Shown here in pieces: positions 59,944 to 64,000 of a DNA stretch of 64,000 bases. The position numbers and the translations under genes are program-made. The notes below the pieces were generated by a model. It saw only the letters and a list, made by a program, of their open reading frames with translations, did no database searches and was not told the origin of the DNA. Every line of letters starts with the position of its first letter. The stretch's first letter is position 1. The DNA comes from Candidatus Latescibacterota bacterium (GTDB taxonomy: Bacteria > Latescibacterota > UBA2968 > GCA-2709665), in assembly GCA_965116875.1 (NCBI GenBank), contig OZ220733.1, positions 2,912,001 through 2,976,000 of the forward strand, given 5' to 3'.

Positions 59944-61122
59944 ATGAACAGGGTTCGCACGTACACTGATTCGAGCTCAAAATTTCCTGTCCGGGTCTTG
60001 CTGATCGCAGGCGCGATGATGGTGGGTACAATTGCCGGGTGCGGAGGGGATCGCGTTTTGGAAGGGGTTCTGGATGAAGAGCGCATTCCCGAAAGGCCGC
60101 TGCGATATGCCGGGAAAGTGGCGCTTGAATTGCAAGAAACCTTCGAGCTTGGGTTTGATAAGAACATGCCTGAGATTGGGCGTGTTGAGTGGATGGGTAT
60201 TTCACCCGAGGGCACCCTGTTGGTTACCGACCGTGAAAGCGATCAGGCGCACGAAATCAAATTCAGGGACAACCAGTACATTCGTTCATTCGGGCAAACA
60301 GGTTTCGGTCCCGGTGAGCATGCGTCGGCGTACAGTATGTCGATAGATCCTGAGGGCAGGGTCTATCTCCTTGATAGGCGTGGAGGGCAGATCCTCCGGT
60401 ATGATCGTATGGGCCGATACCTGGATCGGACCCAATCTATCGGCATATCGAAGATTCACGCAGATCGCATGGGAGAGATATTCTCCCTACGCGTAAACAC
60501 AACAAGCCTCATTATGGAATTACAGCGCCGGGATCCGGCGACGTTGGAAGTATTGAGCAGTACACCGCTTTCCGATCTGAATCGGAGCTTTGTGTCGTTT
60601 CGGGTGAGCAAATTCGCGAGGTTGTGCTATAATGCTTCATTACAGGTGTTTTATTATCTGGGCCCGAATGACTACATGGTCAAAGAGATCGATGCGGCAA
60701 CAGGTGAGGTTACGGCGAAATTCGGCAGGCGCCCGGAAGGATTCGTTGCGTTGCCCGATCGCTACCACGATATTGGCCGTGGAACCTTCGACGATTTGAA
60801 ACAATTGGAAATCACCAAAGTAGGATCTATGACATTGGTTCAGGACCGATATCTGTTCGTCTCATACTACCACCCGAGACCTCCAGTGATCGAATGGGTG
60901 GTCTATAGGATAAATCCGTCCGGGTCGTTTGATGTGTACGATCCGGATGACGTTACGAGTGTACTCCTTTATCCATTCAGCGATCGCGCCCGTGCGGGTC
61001 GGGCTGAAGCCATCACGGCCGCGCGAGAATTCATGTATATCTGGAGACAGCCTCCTGGCGAAGTTGCGGACAAATCCATCGGTACGATAGAAGAATACGC
61101 GGTTACGTTGGACCTGAATTGA
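59944..61122 (+). CDS. 6-bladed beta-propeller lipoprotein, paralog 3
   Basis: Same motifs. Confidence 0.8.
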   Translation: MNRVRTYTDSSSKFPVRVLLIAGAMMVGTIAGCGGDRVLEGVLDEERIPERPLRYAGKVALELQETFELGFDKNMPEIGRVEWMGISPEGTLLVTDRESDQAHEIKFRDNQYIRSFGQTGFGPGEHASAYSMSIDPEGRVYLLDRRGGQILRYDRMGRYLDRTQSIGISKIHADRMGEIFSLRVNTTSLIMELQRRDPATLEVLSSTPLSDLNRSFVSFRVSKFARLCYNASLQVFYYLGPNDYMVKEIDAATGEVTAKFGRRPEGFVALPDRYHDIGRGTFDDLKQLEITKVGSMTLVQDRYLFVSYYHPRPPVIEWVVYRINPSGSFDVYDPDDVTSVLLYPFSDRARAGRAEAITAAREFMYIWRQPPGEVADKSIGTIEEYAVTLDLN

Positions 61123-61354
61123 GTAAGGTCGCCGGGACACTCAGGGAATTCGCGTGGCCCGTTTCATTTCATTCATCCTCCTGGCTGTCAGCATGCGAGC
61201 CGCGGGCCGATGTGTCCACGCGAATCGGAATCGGCATCGCCGCTGTTTTCGGTCGCGCGCCGACAATGCGGCAAGCCGTTTGAAGGCCGTGGGTTGCAAC
61301 CGAAGGGTCCGTCGAGGACGGCGGCAAGGAACACTCGATGAGGGGAGAACACCA

Positions 61355-62533
61355 ATGAGTATGGTTCGCATGTACACTTATTTAAGCTCGATATTTCCTG
61401 TTCGCGTCTTTTGGATCGCTGGCGCGCTCATAGTGGGTACTATTGCCGGGTGCGGAGGGGATCGGGTCTTGGAAGGGGTATCGGATGACGAGCACATTCC
61501 CGAGAAGCAACTGCGATATGCTGGGAAAGTGGCGCTTGAATTGCGGGAAACCTTCGAGTTTGGGTTTGATCAGGACACGCCTGTGATCGGGCGTGTTGAT
61601 TGGATGGGTATTTCACCTGAGGGCACTTTGATGGTTACCGACTTTGAAAGCGATCAGGCGCACGAAATCAACTACCGGGACAATCAGTACATTCGCTCAT
61701 TCGGGCGTCCAGGTAGAGGTCCCGGCGAGCATTGGTCGGCTGAAAGCATGTCGATAGATCCTGAGGGCAGGGTCTATCTCCTTGATGGGGTTCAAGGTCA
61801 GATCCATCGGTATGATCGCAAGGGCCGGTTTTTGGATCGGACCGAATCCATCGGCATATCGAAGATTTATTCCGGTCGCAAGGGAGAGATATTTTCACTA
61901 CGCGTAAACCCAACAAGCCTTACTATGGAATTACAGCGCCGGGACCCTGCGACGTGGGGAGTTTTAGGCCGTACACCGCTTTCCAATCCGAATCAGAGTT
62001 TCGTGTCGATTCGGATGAGGAAATTCGCGAGGTTGTGCTACAATGCTTCATTGCAGGTGTTCTATTATCTGGGCCAAAATGACTACATGATCAAACAGAT
62101 CGATGCGGCAACAGGTGAGGTTACGGCGAAATTCGGCAGACGCCCGAAAGGATTCGTTGCGTTGCCCGATCGCTACCACGATATCGGGCGCGGAACTTTC
62201 GAGGATTTGCAAGAAGTGAGAATCACCCTTGTAGGATCTATGACACTGGTTGAGGATCGTTATCTGTTCGTCTCATACGACCACCCGGAATCTCCAGTTA
62301 GGGAATGGGTCGTCTATATGGTAAATCCGTCCGGGCCGTACGACGTGTTCGATTTGGATGAAGTATGGAGTCTACGCCTACAGTTTAGCGGCGGTCACGG
62401 CCGTGTGCGGATGGGCGCCATCACCGCCGCGCATGAATCCATATATATTTGGAGACCGCCTCGCCATAACGAAGTTGCGGAGAATTCCAACGGAACGTTA
62501 GAAAAATACGCGGTTGTGTTGGACCTGAATTAA
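61355..62533 (+). CDS. 6-bladed beta-propeller lipoprotein, paralog 4
   Basis: Same motifs; N-terminus nearly identical to paralog 2. Confidence 0.8.
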   Translation: MSMVRMYTYLSSIFPVRVFWIAGALIVGTIAGCGGDRVLEGVSDDEHIPEKQLRYAGKVALELRETFEFGFDQDTPVIGRVDWMGISPEGTLMVTDFESDQAHEINYRDNQYIRSFGRPGRGPGEHWSAESMSIDPEGRVYLLDGVQGQIHRYDRKGRFLDRTESIGISKIYSGRKGEIFSLRVNPTSLTMELQRRDPATWGVLGRTPLSNPNQSFVSIRMRKFARLCYNASLQVFYYLGQNDYMIKQIDAATGEVTAKFGRRPKGFVALPDRYHDIGRGTFEDLQEVRITLVGSMTLVEDRYLFVSYDHPESPVREWVVYMVNPSGPYDVFDLDEVWSLRLQFSGGHGRVRMGAITAAHESIYIWRPPRHNEVAENSNGTLEKYAVVLDLN

Positions 62534-62732
62534 CCTCAATTTGAAAAATGACAACAGTCAAATCGGCCACAAGAGCCTGAATGCGGGTAGAGGGTAGACG
62601 AAATTCGGGAAGACGGTAGACGTAAGAGGTTAGAGATGACCCGCCTCGTTTGGTTTCAATTCATGCCGGAGGCATTGAGGAGAAACGAATTGGCAAAGAT
62701 TCCTTCTTCCGTCTCCCCTCTCCCGTCTTCCC
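62533..62732. repeat. Family H repeat copy G (left arm direct, core inverted relative to copy F)
   Basis: ACCTCA..GTCAAATCGGCCACAAGAGCCTGAATGCGGG; TGCCGGAGGCA at 62664-62674. Confidence 0.65.
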
Positions 62733-62809
62733 GCCTTTTTGTTCTTTCTCCTCCCCTCTCACCAGGTGGTGGGACGATGTGTATACGCGAATCGAATTTG
62801 GCTTCGCTG

Positions 62810-63484
62810 CTATTTCCGGTCCCGCGCCGTCATTGCGGCGAGCCTTTTGAAAGCGGCGGGTTGAGGGCCGTGCTTCAAATGTATTAAAATTGCCCGGCTG
62901 CATTCCTCCGGACGCATCCTCGCGGTATCGACTTCGAGGTCATAGATTCCTGGTTTGTGCACTTCGCGGTCCCATCGATGCACGCTGTAGGGCGGCGGCG
63001 TGTCATCCGCGATTCGCTGATCCTTGAGCCATGTGTTACGCCGTCGTTCCCATACGATTTCAACAGGACAACGTACGCCAACGAACCAAACGGGCAGGCC
63101 TTCCATTCGCCGCGCACAATCGTACAGGATTCCTTGAGGAATATTGTAGTCGTCATGGTGACCGGCGTCGGTAACGACGTTTATACCCAGACGACTGTGT
63201 GCCGCAATCGACTCATACATCGCTGCATACATTGTTGGCACCAGGAGTTCGATCTTCTCTCTTTGCGCAAACGGTTCTTCTTCCATTCTCTCGATGCCGG
63301 CTGGCCGAAGCCCGACGCCCGGACGATACTGTTCGGGTGTAATGCGTATGTAACGATCTGCGCCGAGGTTCATCCACGGTTCGTCCGACGCCTCCTGGAT
63401 CGCGGTGGCAATGCTCGACTTCCCGGATCGCGGAGCGCCGTTTAGTATGATTACCTGTCCCAGCTGAGTTTCCTGTTCCATCAT
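62810..63484 (-). CDS. Chloramphenicol phosphotransferase-like (CPT) P-loop kinase
   Basis: IILNGAPRSGKSS, WMNLGAD, FVGVRCP, YDLEVDT. Confidence 0.88.
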   Translation of the reverse strand: MMEQETQLGQVIILNGAPRSGKSSIATAIQEASDEPWMNLGADRYIRITPEQYRPGVGLRPAGIERMEEEPFAQREKIELLVPTMYAAMYESIAAHSRLGINVVTDAGHHDDYNIPQGILYDCARRMEGLPVWFVGVRCPVEIVWERRRNTWLKDQRIADDTPPPYSVHRWDREVHKPGIYDLEVDTARMRPEECSRAILIHLKHGPQPAAFKRLAAMTARDRK

Positions 63485-63702
63485 TTATCGTGCCTCGATT
63501 ATGGTCATGGAACCTGTGCTTTCAATCTCGGATAAATTATCTCCTGACTCAAAGGAACCGGCCATACGCGCTTCTTTCTTGCTCATCCACAGTTGTTGAT
63601 TAAAACGCTCCAAAATCCCACTATTCCTGCTTGACAATTCGCGTCCACTTGACGTTCTTTTGCAAGAGTTGTGTATAGAACAACCTGAACTGCCCGGAGC
63701 GT

Positions 63703-63930
63703 GTGATGAACGGGAAATTTCTCAACAACGACAACATTCGCATGGCAATCTTGCTGTTAACCATCCTGGGTTCCTGGTGGCACCTGTCCTCTGAAATCAG
63801 CAGACAGATAGACCGTGTGGATCGAAGATTGGATTCGGTTGATCGAAAACTGGAGAGAATCGACGAACGCCTGGATTCCTTCGGAGAGCGAATTGCCGCG
63901 AACGAAACAAGACTAAGCGTAGAAAAGTAA
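63703..63930 (+). CDS. Small TM + coiled-coil hypothetical protein
   Basis: TM AILLLTILGSWW followed by heptads IDRVDRRLDSVDRKLERIDERLD. Confidence 0.65.
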   Translation: MMNGKFLNNDNIRMAILLLTILGSWWHLSSEISRQIDRVDRRLDSVDRKLERIDERLDSFGERIAANETRLSVEK

Positions 63931-64000
63931 GAGCCTGAGTCCTTAGTCTACGTCAACAACCTGCCTGCCGGTTTGCTAAACTGGCGGGCTGAATTTTTCC

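Noticed and set aside
58321-61354. Repeated spacers as a CRISPR array or integron attC cassettes
   Set aside because: The repeats are over 100 bp and separate paralogous genes; no cas or integrase gene, no attC-like core/inverse-core sites; the CPT-derived duplication explains them.
57145-62533. Diversity-generating retroelement acting on the propellers
   Set aside because: No reverse transcriptase, no TR/VR pair, and the differences are not adenine-specific.
62810-63484. Chloramphenicol resistance gene
   Set aside because: Family membership only; CPT-like kinases are widespread and the substrate cannot be inferred.
1-64000. tRNA (including selC), rRNA, selA/selB/selD or transposase genes
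   Set aside because: None recognised by eye in this window; the Sec machinery would have to be elsewhere in the genome.

Overview
GC-rich bacterial chromosomal window with about 50 protein genes and no recognisable rRNA, tRNA, CRISPR array or intact transposase. The gene content (GWxTD proteins, several PhyH dioxygenases, DUF1080, BNR and Gfo/Idh/MocA enzymes) suggests an FCB-related uncultured lineage such as Latescibacterota/Gemmatimonadota-like; this is inference only. Main blocks: (1) a minus-strand ECF sigma / anti-sigma / three TPR-GWxTD gene cluster followed by a large GNAT protein that runs off the left edge; (2) a PhyH-HEAT gene, two tandem beta-helix lipoproteins, ytoQ and a parE/parC-type topoisomerase pair; (3) about 30 kb of catabolic enzymes containing a REP-bracketed BrnT/BrnA toxin-antitoxin module and a SLATT-like gene plus proline-rich micro-ORF; (4) a lower-GC island with an extended ECF sigma, a TPR-TlpA protein and four tandem beta-propeller lipoproteins whose spacers carry copies of the 3' end of the neighbouring CPT-like gene. 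The most notable signal is a probable selenoprotein that the ORF track splits in two: 23158..24348 has an in-frame TGA in a C-V-U motif, a SECIS-like hairpin and a SELENON-like thioredoxin core. Intergenic DNA holds several repeat families, including one with a conserved GNA-triloop hairpin core. All product calls come from motif recognition by eye, not from database searches.
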